A stretch of 63,524 bases of DNA, the filler included, from Folioceros fuciformis (lineage: Eukaryota), in the NCBI GenBank assembly GCA_049999805.1. It is 11 parts of 11 records of this genome, joined end to end, with 100 filler letters (N's around TTAATTAATTAA, not from the genome) between each part and the next. Parts side by side here need not be neighbours in the genome. Positions count along the whole stretch, not along the records: positions 36,110 to 40,140 come from JBNGIO010002659.1; positions 40,241 to 43,058 come from JBNGIO010002660.1; positions 43,159 to 44,359 come from JBNGIO010002661.1; positions 44,460 to 47,365 come from JBNGIO010002662.1; positions 47,466 to 50,601 come from JBNGIO010002663.1; 6 more parts are not named here. One strand, written 5' to 3'. This document shows, one piece after another, positions 36,010 to 48,218 of this stretch; within the stretch, counting starts at the first letter, position 1; each line of letters begins with the position of its first letter. The position numbers and the translations under genes were made by a program. Below the pieces are notes generated by a model. That model did no database searches. It saw only the letters and a program-made list of their open reading frames with translations, and was not told where the DNA came from.

Positions 36010-37840
36010 NNNNNNNNNNNNNNNNNNNNNNNNNNNNNNNNNNNNNNNNNNNNTTAATTAATTAANNNNNNNNNNNNNNNNNNNNNNNNNNNNNNNNNNN
36101 NNNNNNNNNAGGGAAAGGGAAGCGAAGGGAGAGAGACGGGGCAGGCGCGGGCGCGCGCACACTCTGTCTGCAGATGGCATGCCCTGGGATCCACGTATGT
36201 ATGTATGGCCGGCGATGCGGATGCGGATGCGATGGGGATGGGGATGTGGACGTGCATGTGTCTTCCTTCCTTCGGGCAGGGGGAGGTGTGTGGTCCAGGC
36301 TGCTGCCGCCTGCTCTTCCCTCGCTTCCCTTCCTCCCTTTCCCTCTCCCTCTCCTTGCTTCCCTTTCGTTTCCTTGCTCTTCCCTTCCCTCCTCTTCCCC
36401 TCCTCTTGCTCCCATCAAATGTGATAATGCGGGGATAATGAATCTTGAACGTTGTGAATCGATGGGCTATGCCCAGGCGTGATGCCGAGATGATTACCCT
36501 AATAGGGCTGAAGCCCAAGGCCTGAAGCCTGCAGCCCAGGTACAAAGTGACACTCACTGTGGAAGGTGCCATGGCCTAGCTTAGCTTAGCCTAGCCCAGC
36601 CTAGGTTACGGAGATGAGCTGAGATGGGCCTAGGTGGAAGGTCTTTTGGGTTCAGTTCAAGCTTTCTCTACCCTGCCCTTAATTCACGCCCGGCCTCCAT
36701 CCACGGGTGCCATGCACGTTAATATAAATCTCCCTCATCCCTCATCCCTCTACCCTCCTCTCCTTTCCTCTCCTTTCCTCTCCTCCACGACTGTGGCAGT
36801 CACAGTGGTCCGTCCCTCATTGCTCTTCCATGGCCTTGCCCTGTTGTCACAGACAGGGTGACGGGGCATGCCATGCGTCCCACCAATGAAGGATGATGCC
36901 GATGCCGGTGGGCACGACGACGACGATGGTGTGGTGGTAGCAAGGAGGGACGATAGCGATGTGACCACACACAGACAGAGGCAGGAGCAGGGACAGGGAC
37001 AGAGGCCCCATGCAAAGCAGAGGCATAAGCGGGAGGAGAAGCAGAAGCAGCAGTAACAGGAGGAAGGCGGGACCACCACCAGCACCAGCCCACCACTGCA
37101 CTTGTGTGCTGGGCTGTGCTGGGCTGTGTGCTGGACTGGACTGGACTGGACTGACAGCCCGCACCAGAAGGGAGGCTCGCTCTGGCTCCAGGTCAGGTTC
37201 CCCTGGGGTGAAGGAAGGGAGGAGGGAGCCTCTGTGCCTTTATGTTGTACTCAGTCAATGAAGAACATACTGGAGCTGCCCGGAGGGAGGCTGCCCGGAC
37301 TGCCCCTTGTGGCCTGAGCCAAGCGGAGCGGAGCAGAGCCTCGACCTGGAGAAAGATCCCCACAGAAGATTTGGCCCACCTTGGGCTTGTTTGTACCGCA
37401 CCAACTCCGCGCTGCCCCCATCAACGCCAGGCCTTGCGCCTCCAGCTACTACGATCAACACTTTCACCTATAAACACTTGGGCATCCGGAAGGGCCCAAC
37501 AATATTAATGCTCTCACATCTCTACGTTGGGAAACAGTAAGCGCAGGCGGAAGCCGAGGCAGTGAGCGTGAGGAGCCTGCACCGAGGCTGCTGCTGCTGG
37601 CTGCTGCTGGTGCCAAGAGCACACACACCACACACCTTCCTCCTTCCCCTTTCCCGTAACCGAATGCGGAATCGAAGGAGAGAAAAAAGGATGTCAGTGT
37701 CCTGGCCCTCATTGACTTGTGTGTTTGTATGTGTGTGTTAACAGCCCACAGCCCACCACAGCCCACTGCCCACAGCCCACTGCCCACTGCCCACCGCCCA
37801 CTTTCTTTCTTGCATCGCCTTGCTTGCCTCGCCTTCAAGG

Positions 37841-37908
37841 GCATTGCATTGCATTGCCTTGCCTTGCCTTGCCTTGCCTTGCCTTGCCTTGCCTTGCCTT
37901 GCCTTGCC
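37841..37908. repeat. Compound microsatellite (GCATT)3(GCCTT)10
   Basis: Directly visible. Confidence 0.95.
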
Positions 37909-39998
37909 GTCTCTCCCGCCTCGCACAGCAACGTCACGACCCAAGGTCCTTAAGGGCGCGCGGCGCAGGCGGTGGCGCAGGCGCTGCCTCTCACACACCT
38001 TCCACCATAACGGAACAGCAGCCAGCTCCAGGCTCCAGGCCCCCAGGCCCCCAGGCTCCAGCTCCCGCCGCCTCCCGTGCTGCCGTCACCTTTCGTGTAA
38101 AAAAGTCCAGTCCCCTCATTCCGTTAACCGTGTCCCTGTTCCGTTATTCCGTGTCCCACCTCCGAATCCTTGTCCTCCAATCGTCCGCCACTTACCACGG
38201 GTATCATGAAACTTATCACGCCCACCGTTTTCATATATCCCGTCTCACCTTTCATTTTCATTTTTTCCTTTCCCTTTGCCGCTCGTACCCTCTCCCTCCC
38301 ACTCAATCGACTGGAGTCGACTCGAATGTGGCACTTGCGCAACCCCTTCTAATTACTGCTCCTTCAATTATCACCGCCCCCTTCTCTCCTTCCCTTTTGT
38401 CATTTGTTTGTATTATATCTCACTTATAGTGGTAAAAATTATGAAACTTATGTATCATGAACTATAACCCAACAAACACACTCAATCCAAGAAGTGGTCC
38501 TCCTTCCTTCTCCTTCCTCGTATTCTCATCTCCCACCACGTCTTGTAAATTTGTGCTATCATGGACATGCCACTCATACAATACACTTGGATCATCCATC
38601 ATCTCAAAGACTAAAAGCATGTACATTGTTTTGTACGCAATGGGTTTGTCCATGGATCACTAAATTTGGAATGATAATTTTATTTTGTTTTTGACAAATT
38701 GGTTCTACAAGTGGAAGCGCTCAATGTTACATGCATTTCTTGATCTCATAGCCTAATGAGGATTGGAACATTAAGTTATGCAACTTAAACAAAAAGAAAG
38801 GCCAAGAAAAGAAGAGAAGTGTGATTACTTATCTCATTAGACAATGATGACCGTAGTGTAATGAGATGAGGTTTTTGAAGGACGTTTTTTTAAGAAGCCC
38901 AAAATATTACTTCTAAACTTAGAGAGAGGTGTGATATGATATATATTTTTCGACAAATACTAGCTGCTTCCAATGTGAAGCATGCAGGCTAAGTTTGACC
39001 TCCATAGCCTGTATGGTCCATATGAGGAAAATAAAGTTGTGAATCAACATATACATATATATACATTCATATATAGATACATAGATTGAGGAATCAAAGT
39101 AACTTTTTTAGCATGAGCTGCACATGCGGCACTGGTGCACTGATGCTACAAGATGCCCAGGTAGTATTAAAGGGCAAACTTTATGAAAAAGGTGAAAAAA
39201 GGTGACAAATGAGAAGTAAAACAAGACTTGTCCTCATTATTCACCTCATGATTCTTCACGACCGAAAAGGGAAAGAAAGTAAAAAAAAAAAGCAAGGGGG
39301 AACAGGGAGAAAAGAAGATTGGTGGCGAGCAGGACAAGTGCTGGGCAGATGCAAAATCTGAGAGATATATTATTATTCTAGGTTGGGCTGGCTGGGCAGC
39401 ATGGAGTATGGCAGCGGCCGCGTATTAATGGGACATGGATACGATTTCTCACAGGATGGCGTTAATAAAAGGGGTTTGTTACAGTAGCAAAGAGTGTGTT
39501 GTGTGCACTAGATTCTTGAATAAGAAGAGGAGGATCCGTGGAGGCCCGAGCCGCGATAACATAAGCCTGGACACAAGAGGGGGAGGCGGGATGAAATGGT
39601 ATAGGTGGGATATATTTAAAGAGGAAAGAGGGGATGGGCCGTGGGGCCTGGGCGTGAGTGGTTCGTGGCGTGGGCCGTGGCCTCATGATACCTGGCGGGC
39701 CGCCCTTATTGGCTGGGAAGCCGGGGTAGCAATATCTATGTACTGACCCGGGCAGGGCTGGGGACCGGGTGGTGCCTGTGCAGCCTGCACCTGCTGCCCG
39801 CTGCGGACTGGGCCGTCCCGGGCCGGCCCGGGCCAGGCTGCGGCTACGGAATCGCTGGATCGTGGTGGCCCAGCCCCTCAGTCATGACCCTGCCTTGGGT
39901 GGGCCAGTAGATACTTATCGGACACAATGATGGCGCCAGGCTCCGCTATCGGGAACAGAGCCGGTAATCCAGGTTTGATTGCCGCTAGTAATAAGCCT

Positions 39999-40140
39999 GC
40001 CATTGCCATTGCCATTGCCATTGCCATTGCCATTGCCATTGCCATTGCCATTGCCATTGCCATTGCCATTGCCATTGCCATTGCCATTGCCATTGCCATT
40101 GCCATTGCCATTGCCATTGCCATTGCCATTGCCATTGCCA
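39999..40140. repeat. (GCCATT)n microsatellite, at least 23 copies, into the contig end
   Basis: Directly visible. Confidence 0.97.
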
Positions 40141-40240
40141 NNNNNNNNNNNNNNNNNNNNNNNNNNNNNNNNNNNNNNNNNNNNTTAATTAATTAANNNN
40201 NNNNNNNNNNNNNNNNNNNNNNNNNNNNNNNNNNNNNNNN

Positions 40241-43058
40241 AAGGAGGTGTTCATCCGAAAGTTCTGCATATGCCTCCTTGGGCGCTCTAACTCAAGAGCA
40301 AGCCTCAAATGTAAATTAATTGGGTGGTGGTCGGAGAGGATCGTACCAGCGAGAATACTATACAATTGTACGAAGGCCAACCACCTTGAAGGTAAATAAA
40401 ACCTGTCCAGCCTGCGTGCACCCAAGTTCTGTTGTTGTTGGTTTGACCTGCTGAACATCAAGGACTGTGGTTGGCGATGCGCCAGGAGGGCCACCCATGG
40501 ATCCTGCACCGCCAAGACCATGTCTCTCAAATACTGCCAAGACAAAGGCACCACCTGGATATCAATCGGGCGAACCCCCCGAATATCCTCACGGCGTTTA
40601 ACAAAGTTGAAGGTGCCAGCCAAAATCCACGGAATCTGCTCATCAAGCTGATCTCTTAGCCTACACCAAAGGTTACTCCTGTCAATGGCAGTGTTAGGAG
40701 CATAGATATTACAAATACCAACCGGACCTTGAGGAGTTTGCAGCACCAAGCACACAAACCTCCCATCCTCACAAACCTCCCATCCTCATCTTGCCATGAT
40801 TCTAGGATATTATGAGTTTGATCTGGGTGAACTGTAATGGACACTCCTCCGAGGGTCACCGACACTTGTTGAGAAGAGATGAGTCCACCACTTGTATCCT
40901 CTGCTCTAGCTGCTGTCCATTCTATTCTACGAAGAAAAAATATTTTCTTCACTTTCTGGATGTGTTCTAGAGACAGTTTATGCTCTTGCAAGCACACCGC
41001 ATCCCATGTGACGTCCTCTTCAAACAGAGTCTTTAGTCTTCTGCACTTCGACTAGCCTCCCAAGCCCCTAACGTTCTAGGAAATGATTCGTAGATGAGAC
41101 CCCCTCTCGTAATTCTTCAGAGTGTCGATATCCATTTAGCGGGACTTGCTTGAGAGATTCCGGACAGCAGAAGGCTTGGGCATCCTAGTCCTAGACACCA
41201 ATTTGGGTCGTGCCATATGGTCCTTAGCTTTGAGCTCAAGGGACAGTCTTTGAAGCCTTTCTGACTTGCACACCGCAGGAACAATCCTCCTGTCCTGGCC
41301 ATCTAAGGGCCTCTCAACACCCCCCACTGCCATGTCGAGCCTCCGTACCCTGTCTTTTGCCCAAGGCGCCCAAGGACCACCTCCACTATGGGATAAGTGG
41401 CATATTGGGACCATAAACTTGTTTTAGACGGATGTCAGCAAAGAGTTGACCATCCTTCTGGTAGATACCACTGAAGAATTCCACCTCCTTTCCTTACTTG
41501 CCTACTGGAATCCCTCTGGCAGACAAGAAGTCAAAAATCCGTTCCTGCCCTACATGCAATTGAGGAATTGTGATGGTAAGTGGGAGCTGCTCCCCCCCAC
41601 CTCCTATCAAAACCAAAAATGAATAAAAATCCTAAACCTTTCTCATAACCGTTAGGTTGATCGCAAACTGTCTACCTTTCCTCCTTGTTGTACCTTCCAC
41701 CATCCAGAGCTCTTGGCCAATTAGCAAGCCAGAATCCTCCTACCCTGGAGGAGGAGAGGTGCTTCCTTCATCCTTGGAGAAAACTGCTTGCACTTCATGT
41801 TAGACAATATTAGTATCCTCCTCATCCTCAGCACAAGGGGCGGAGAAAAGGTCCTCCTCGGAAGCGAACACCGCGTTATCCCTCATGGTGGGATTGGCAC
41901 AGTTAGAGGGACTAGCACAATCTACCACGGTTTTTCCGGGCCCCGCCGAATGTGGAGGCAAAACCCCGGGCACTGATTGCCGACGGGTTCCACCTTTAGT
42001 GGCCACACTTATCCCACTGTCGTTGAGACATTGGGTTCCGTTCCCACGAAGGAGTGATAGGCTTCCTTGCCGCTGTGGATGGAGGGTTGGACTCAATCGA
42101 CTCGATGATGGATTCGAGGGCTCCCCTCCAGCTCCGATCAAGCGTAACACAGGCCTCACTGTCCAGCGGTCAGTTGCACCTCTCTCGGTGCCCACAAACT
42201 CACTCCAGTCACTACAACGACCGTAACCTCTCATATCTACAACTTCCTTCACTCACTTTACTCACTCTCTCACTCCAGCACCAACACCAGCAGCTAACAA
42301 CAACATCACTACCTTCTACACTTCCGTATTGACTCCTCCTACCCGGCAAGAGTCACTAGACTAACCCCAAAGAAAAGAAAGAAGGGAACACACTCCCCTC
42401 TCGGATATCTCCTCCCCACAACCTTACAAGACGCCATGAAACATGGCCGGCCTACAGCACTTGTCCAAACAGGGAACAAGAGTGGACAGATCAAGAAAAA
42501 GACACATCCTTTACAATCAAGAGCTAGGGGCAAGCCCCTTCACCCTGGTCATCACACCTTGTGATCCTACCAGACACTGTACAACCGGCAACACGCGTAT
42601 TGTGATCCTACCAGACATTGTACAACCGGCAACATGCGGCTTGCAATCCTACCAGACGTTGCACTGCCGGTAACACACTACAGGTCCTAACCCCAGCAGG
42701 GATAGACTATAAGAGCTCATGTAGAGAGTACCTCCAAGAGCTCACGAAGTGACAGACTGACTCCCAAAGTGAATGACTATCTCCTCCTACAGGCTCACCT
42801 GATCTTATAGGAGCCTCTCTCTCTCTAACTTCACCTCTCTCTAACTTGATAAATATTATTTTAAAAGGACCACTAGCCTAGCCGGCTGCCACCAGCCACT
42901 TGTTTAGACTTCTAGCACATCCTGCCACCAATGAGCCGGCCCTACCACCACAAGGATCTACCACCTCTTAGACTGTCCTGAGACTTTGGAGGATGTCTGA
43001 TCTTCAAAGATCTGCGAACGCCGCCTCTTCCTTGCTGGATGGCCGCCCGCTAAGTCTT
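40241..43058 (-). mobile_element. L1-like LINE fragment: APE endonuclease (40241-~41095) plus upstream ORF1/5' region
   Basis: LRIIS*NVRGLG, CLQEHKL, NIYAPN, WILAGTFN, RRLDRFY and SDHHPI. The upstream part is the dispersed repeat (copy B). Confidence 0.88.
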
Positions 43059-43158
43059 NNNNNNNNNNNNNNNNNNNNNNNNNNNNNNNNNNNNNNNNNN
43101 NNTTAATTAATTAANNNNNNNNNNNNNNNNNNNNNNNNNNNNNNNNNNNNNNNNNNNN

Positions 43159-44359
43159 GCGACTCTGAGCAGAGCTTGGATGAGGAATTCGGTGTACCGA
43201 AAATCGAAACACCTGGTGCAAAAGAGGTTCAATCAGCCCCTGGAAGTGGTTCAATCCCACGGAGATCTGGAAGGCAGAAGGTTCCAATACAGCGGTTGAC
43301 CTATGATAGCTATGTAGCTAGGCACCATGCCTATATGGCAAAGGTTTTACAGGATGTGGAACCAAGAAGCTTTGAAGAAGCTATTGGAGACACAAAGTGG
43401 GAACATGCTATGGATGAAGAAATGAATGCGTTAAATCAGAATGCAACATGGGACCTAGTACAACTACCTGAAGGCAACTATGGATCATGCTCTCTTTTAT
43501 GTTGCAGATTTAGAAATAAACCTGTGTGGGTACACAGATGCAGATTGGGCAGGCAGTGTTATTGATCGTAGATCTACAAGTGCATTCATTTTTTCACTTG
43601 GGAGTGCAGCAATTACATGGAGTAGCAAGAAGCAGCCTACAGTGGCTTTGTCTAGTACAGAAGCTGAATACAGAGGCGCAGCAATGGCAACGTGTGAAGT
43701 GACTTGGATTTGTAAGTTACTCGGAGATTTTGGATTGCAGGTCAACGACAAGGTTGTTATCTACTGTGACAATCTTAGCAGCATACAGTTGGCGCGAAAC
43801 CCAGTGTTTCATGCCAGGACAAAACACATTGAAATACATTATCATTTTCTTCGCGAAAGGATTTTATCTGGAGCTATTGATCTTGTGTATGTCAACACAG
43901 ACGAGCAGATAGCCGATATATTTACTAAGCCAATGGGAGCAGAGAAGCTGAAGAAATTCCGAGCTATGTTAGGCGTACAGATGCTATGTTGAGCTCGAGG
44001 GGGAGTGTTGAGTTATCGAGCTCTATATGAGCTAAACTCATGTGGTGTTAGTTATCCCAGTTGGGTTCATACTAGACTAGTTCTAGTTATTAGTGAACTT
44101 AGGATAGTGTAGATTATCCCATATTGAACCTGGAAGTTGTGTAGCCCTAAATGTACTACTTAAATGGAGACCTCGGACCTCCATAGTAAGACAGTGGTGA
44201 TGTGTATTGTTTTCATGGTTGTGATCACCAATACCACCCTCTCTTCTCTCCTCTCCTCTCCTACACTTGCACGTAGACTGGAGTCGATCCTATTGACAAT
44301 TGAGTTGAGCAGGTTTGTTGCTTTTGATGTTTATGCTGCTTGTTTGTTGCTTTTGATGT
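43159..44359 (+). mobile_element. Ty1/copia 3' fragment with RT deleted; RNase H, PPT and 3' LTR
   Basis: EPRSFEEA...AMDEEMNAL..NATWDLVQLPEG is fused to GYTDADWAG...HARTKHIEIHYHF...ADIFTK. PPT gagggggag at 43997-44005, LTR start tgttg at 44006. Confidence 0.9.
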
Positions 44360-44459
44360 NNNNNNNNNNNNNNNNNNNNNNNNNNNNNNNNNNNNNNNNN
44401 NNNTTAATTAATTAANNNNNNNNNNNNNNNNNNNNNNNNNNNNNNNNNNNNNNNNNNNN

Positions 44460-45495
44460 CCTTTATGTTTAGTACGGTTTCATTGCACATATCATCTAGA
44501 TATATTTCTACTGGGAAATTTAAGATAATTTTATGTGGCTCGTTTGTGCTTGATCTTTGTGCAACATTTTGTCGTACTCCACATAGATACATCTTAATTT
44601 TCATCTTATCTGATGCATATGCAGCTTGTGTCGCAGAAGTGTAACTACCACAAAAGACTTGTCTCCCAATTGGTTTCCTTTCGACAATTCGTTTACAACT
44701 TCTAGTTGGACGACTTGAGATAGATGGTTGAGACAAAGGATCTTCCTTAGTAATTGAAGTCGCTGGACACCGTATATGACAATCAAACTTGCCAGTAAGT
44801 TTACTTAGAGTAACTCCTTGATATTGTTCCTCATTCTCATTGATATTTTTAACCCAAGCATATTTTGTGTCAATCATCTCTTGCATGCATTTCAACACAA
44901 ATGCTCTTACGCTAATGTGTTGATCATGAGTTGACCTAGCTGGCCTGATAGGTGTCAATTTTTGTGGGTGAGGTCGACTTTGCATTCTTTGTGCACTTTC
45001 TTCATACGCTAATCCAATTGTGAGCTTATTAGCTTTCCATTCATAATTTGTGAATTCATCATCCTCGTCGACATCCATGGGGTCATCATCTTCGTCGTCC
45101 ATGGGTTCATCATCCTCATCACCATCCATGGGTCCGTCATCCACATCACCCTCTACGCCATCCATATTAGATTCATAATGCGCATCATTCCATTTGTGAT
45201 CCATGGATTTATGGTGCACACCAATCGAATTGCGATCCATAGATTCATTATCCGCATCAACATAATTGGCATTACGTAAGGCATTGCTAATGCAACGTTA
45301 TGGGTCCTCGAGCCACTCCGCACATGAAACACGAATTGTTGGCGACTGAATACTAACTGCACCACATTGAAAATTTGGAGGAATTGTAACATCTATGAAT
45401 TCCTTAATGGATGGTGGTATATAATCAATCCAAGGTTCCAGACATCCACGAGCATATTCCTTTCTATGTGACATGTATCTCTTATCATTAGCCAT
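44460..45495 (-). CDS. Divergent intronless AP2-domain (ANT-like) ORF, 3'-truncated by the gap, with one in-frame stop
   Basis: YQGVTLSKLTGKFDCHIR...SCKRIVERKPIGRQVFCGSYTSATQAAYASD...LNFPVEIY (44500-44823). Acidic DDxPMD repeats lie upstream. ORF 45495-45298 is in the same frame, separated by a single TAA. Confidence 0.65.
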
Positions 45496-45636
45496 ATTGC
45501 GCCCTTCTCCCTTAATTCCTTGCTATTAGACACCCTACACAAAATCTGCTCTTTCCTCCAATACCTTATTATGTGTCTTCCACCCTTGACTTGTATTCTT
45601 AATTGATTTAACCTAGAAATACTACATCAAAGGCCT

Positions 45637-46075
45637 AGTGAGAACAAAAAAATATTGGGTCAACAAAGGCCGTGTGAGAACAAAGTAATACCAAGTCAAA
45701 AGCCCCGTGAGATTAAAGAAATACTAGGTCCAAGGCCCAGCGAGAACAAAGAAATCCTAAATCAAAGGCCCTTTGATAACGAAGGAATACCAACTCAACC
45801 CAGTGAGATTAAAAAAATACTAGTTCAAAGGCTCCACAAGAACAAAGAAGTTCTAGGGCAAAGGCCCCACTTGAACCAAGAAATCCTAGGTCAAAGGCCT
45901 AAGCAATACTAGATCAATGACCTTGTGCGAGAACAAAGAAAGACTAGGTCAAAGACCCTGCAAGAACAAAGAAGGATTGGGTCAAAGACCTAGCAAGAAC
46001 AAAGAAATACTAAGTCAAAGACCCTACGAGATACTAGGTCAACGACCTTGCGAGAACAAAGAGACACTAGGTGAA
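45637..46075. repeat. Degenerate ~33-bp tandem array
   Basis: Recurrent gagaacaaagaaatactaggtcaaaggccc, translated as repeated ENKEILGQRP. Confidence 0.85.
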
Positions 46076-46254
46076 GGCCCAGTGTGTAGTGAGCAAGAAG
46101 AAATCTTAGCTAAGACTGATGAGATGATCGAAGAAATCTTAGCGAAGACTAATGAGTAAGTCACTTGCAAGTTTAATCAAGAATGCGCAAGAAGACAAGC
46201 CGTATATATTGATGGATTTAGGGTCAATCACTCATATCTTAACTTAAAAAGCAA

Positions 46255-46640
46255 TGCCTTTACAGTGATTCACTTGTATCTTGACTTAATAAGTAGTGCC
46301 TTTAGGGTGAGTGAGTTAATAAGTAGTGCCTTTAGGGTGAGTGAGTTAATAAGTAGTGCCTTTAGTGTGAGTGAGTTAATAAGTAGTGCCCTTAGGGTGA
46401 GTGAGTTAAGAAGTAGTGGCTTTAGGATGAGTCACTTGTATCTTGAGTTAATAAGTAGTGCTTGAGGGTGAGTGAGTTAAGAAGTAGTGCCCTTAGGATG
46501 AGTCACTTGTATCTTGACTTTATGAGCAGTGCCTTTAGGGTGAGTGAGTTAAGAAGTAATTCCTTTAGGGTTAGGGTGAGTGAGTTAGGAAGTGGTTCCT
46601 TTAGGGTGAGTGAGTTAAGAAGTAGTGTCTTTAGTGTGAG
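46255..46640. repeat. 30-bp tandem array containing TTTAGGG
   Basis: Unit tttagggtgagtgagttaataagtagtgcc. Degenerate copies continue to about 46960. Confidence 0.9.
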
Positions 46641-47465
46641 ATACTGATGTATTAAGTCAGTAAGTAATGCATTTAGAATAACTTACACATATCTTGTCTT
46701 TACAAGTAGTGTCTTTAGTATTGGTCATTCATCCTGACTTATAAGTATTATCTTTACGATGAGTCTAAAGAGTAGTGCCTTTAATAATATGAGTGACTTA
46801 TAAGTATTATCTTCTAGATGAGCATTTAATAATATGAGTCACGGCATCCTAGCTTAATATTATCTGTAGGGTAAGTCACTCATATCTTAACTCAATAAGT
46901 AGTGAACTTAAAAGATAGTATCTTAACTCAATAAGTAGTGAACTTAAAAGATAGTATCTTGAGCTTCAGATATATATAATGATCGTTGTAATACCTTGAG
47001 CTACAAATATATAGTGATTCCCAAGAAAGTTCTTGTGCATATATAGTGATCTTCTTAAGTTTGCTAGAATTGAATTTAAACGGCTCTTGTGAATATGTAA
47101 TAATTTTTATAAATTTTTAAAAAACACATTATATTTTTTTAAAAAATCTTATATAAATATATGATTTTTTTAAAATCTTGAAGAAATATTAAATCTCAAC
47201 AACGAAGAAATAGGGTTGACAGGAGGCTGTAGAAAGTCGAAGCTTCATCACTTAGCTGTCAGTACACACATGGCTGCAATTTCTTGAAACCTGCTGCCCA
47301 AGGACGAACAAATGCTACACAGCTGCGGACACCCCATGTATGGCAGGCATCGTACACTGCTGGAANNNNNNNNNNNNNNNNNNNNNNNNNNNNNNNNNNN
47401 NNNNNNNNNTTAATTAATTAANNNNNNNNNNNNNNNNNNNNNNNNNNNNNNNNNNNNNNNNNNNN

Positions 47466-48218
47466 GGAGTTTGATGGACTTCTGATCTTTGTGTAGGTTG
47501 GAGACTTGATGACACAGGTTTGCTATCGCTTGTTGTGCTATAGAGACAGCTATCTGCAGACCTGTGGCCGAAGCTACTAGTTCTGGTAGTTGAGTTCTAC
47601 AATAGAAAGACAGCGAGCGGATGAGGGACTGAGTGTTGGAATCTTCATGTGCAGGGTAATTTGAAAGATTTGTGCTTCTTAATCCACAGTTGTTGCAACA
47701 GTGTAGAGGTGGTGATGGACTAACAACTCTGTGTGTTGGTGCATGACAACATCCTCTATTGCGCAAGGATTCAAGAGTGTGCAAATGAAAGGGGCGCTGT
47801 GAGTGATGGACAACGTGATGCGCCGACTGTCAGCTCCTTCTTTGAGGCATTGATGCGCTGTGTGACAGTTTTGATCCGCTTCTTGAATCAGGTCCTTGTA
47901 CTGCACCTCCATGCCAATCGGAGATCAGGATGCATCTTGATCGGCGCGCGCAATCAACAAGGCTCTGATACCATGTTGTTTTATAGGATCAAGTAGAGAC
48001 TAGACGCGCGCAATAGAGTGCGACAAAGAATAGAATGATGTTATGCGCGTTGCGCGAGGTGACTTGTGTGCCGCGTGAAGTTACAGCAGTTATTAGCCGT
48101 TGGTAATCGTGTCCCCGTCTATCTAGGGCACGGTTCAAATCTCGACGTTAACCTAATTATTAAAGGGTTCGGCTATAGGCATGAACTAGATAAAAACGAG
48201 GTTACAAGCCTTCTAACA
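47466..48218 (-). mobile_element. 5' end of an LTR retroelement (LTR 47974-48218, PBS 47962-47973)
   Basis: gctctgatacca abuts tgttg...ctaaca (TG/CA termini). The downstream coding-like sequence is not recognised. Confidence 0.7.

Noticed and set aside
37464-38429. ARQGK / LALPC repeat ORFs up to 236 aa
   Set aside because: Produced by the (GCCTT)n repeat and GC-rich low-complexity sequence.
39878-40196. Poly-MA / IA / LP ORFs
   Set aside because: Translations of the (GCCATT)n microsatellite.
45655-46647. Repeat-protein-like ORFs (ENKEILGQRP; RVSELISSA)
   Set aside because: Translations of DNA tandem arrays, broken by stops and frameshifts.
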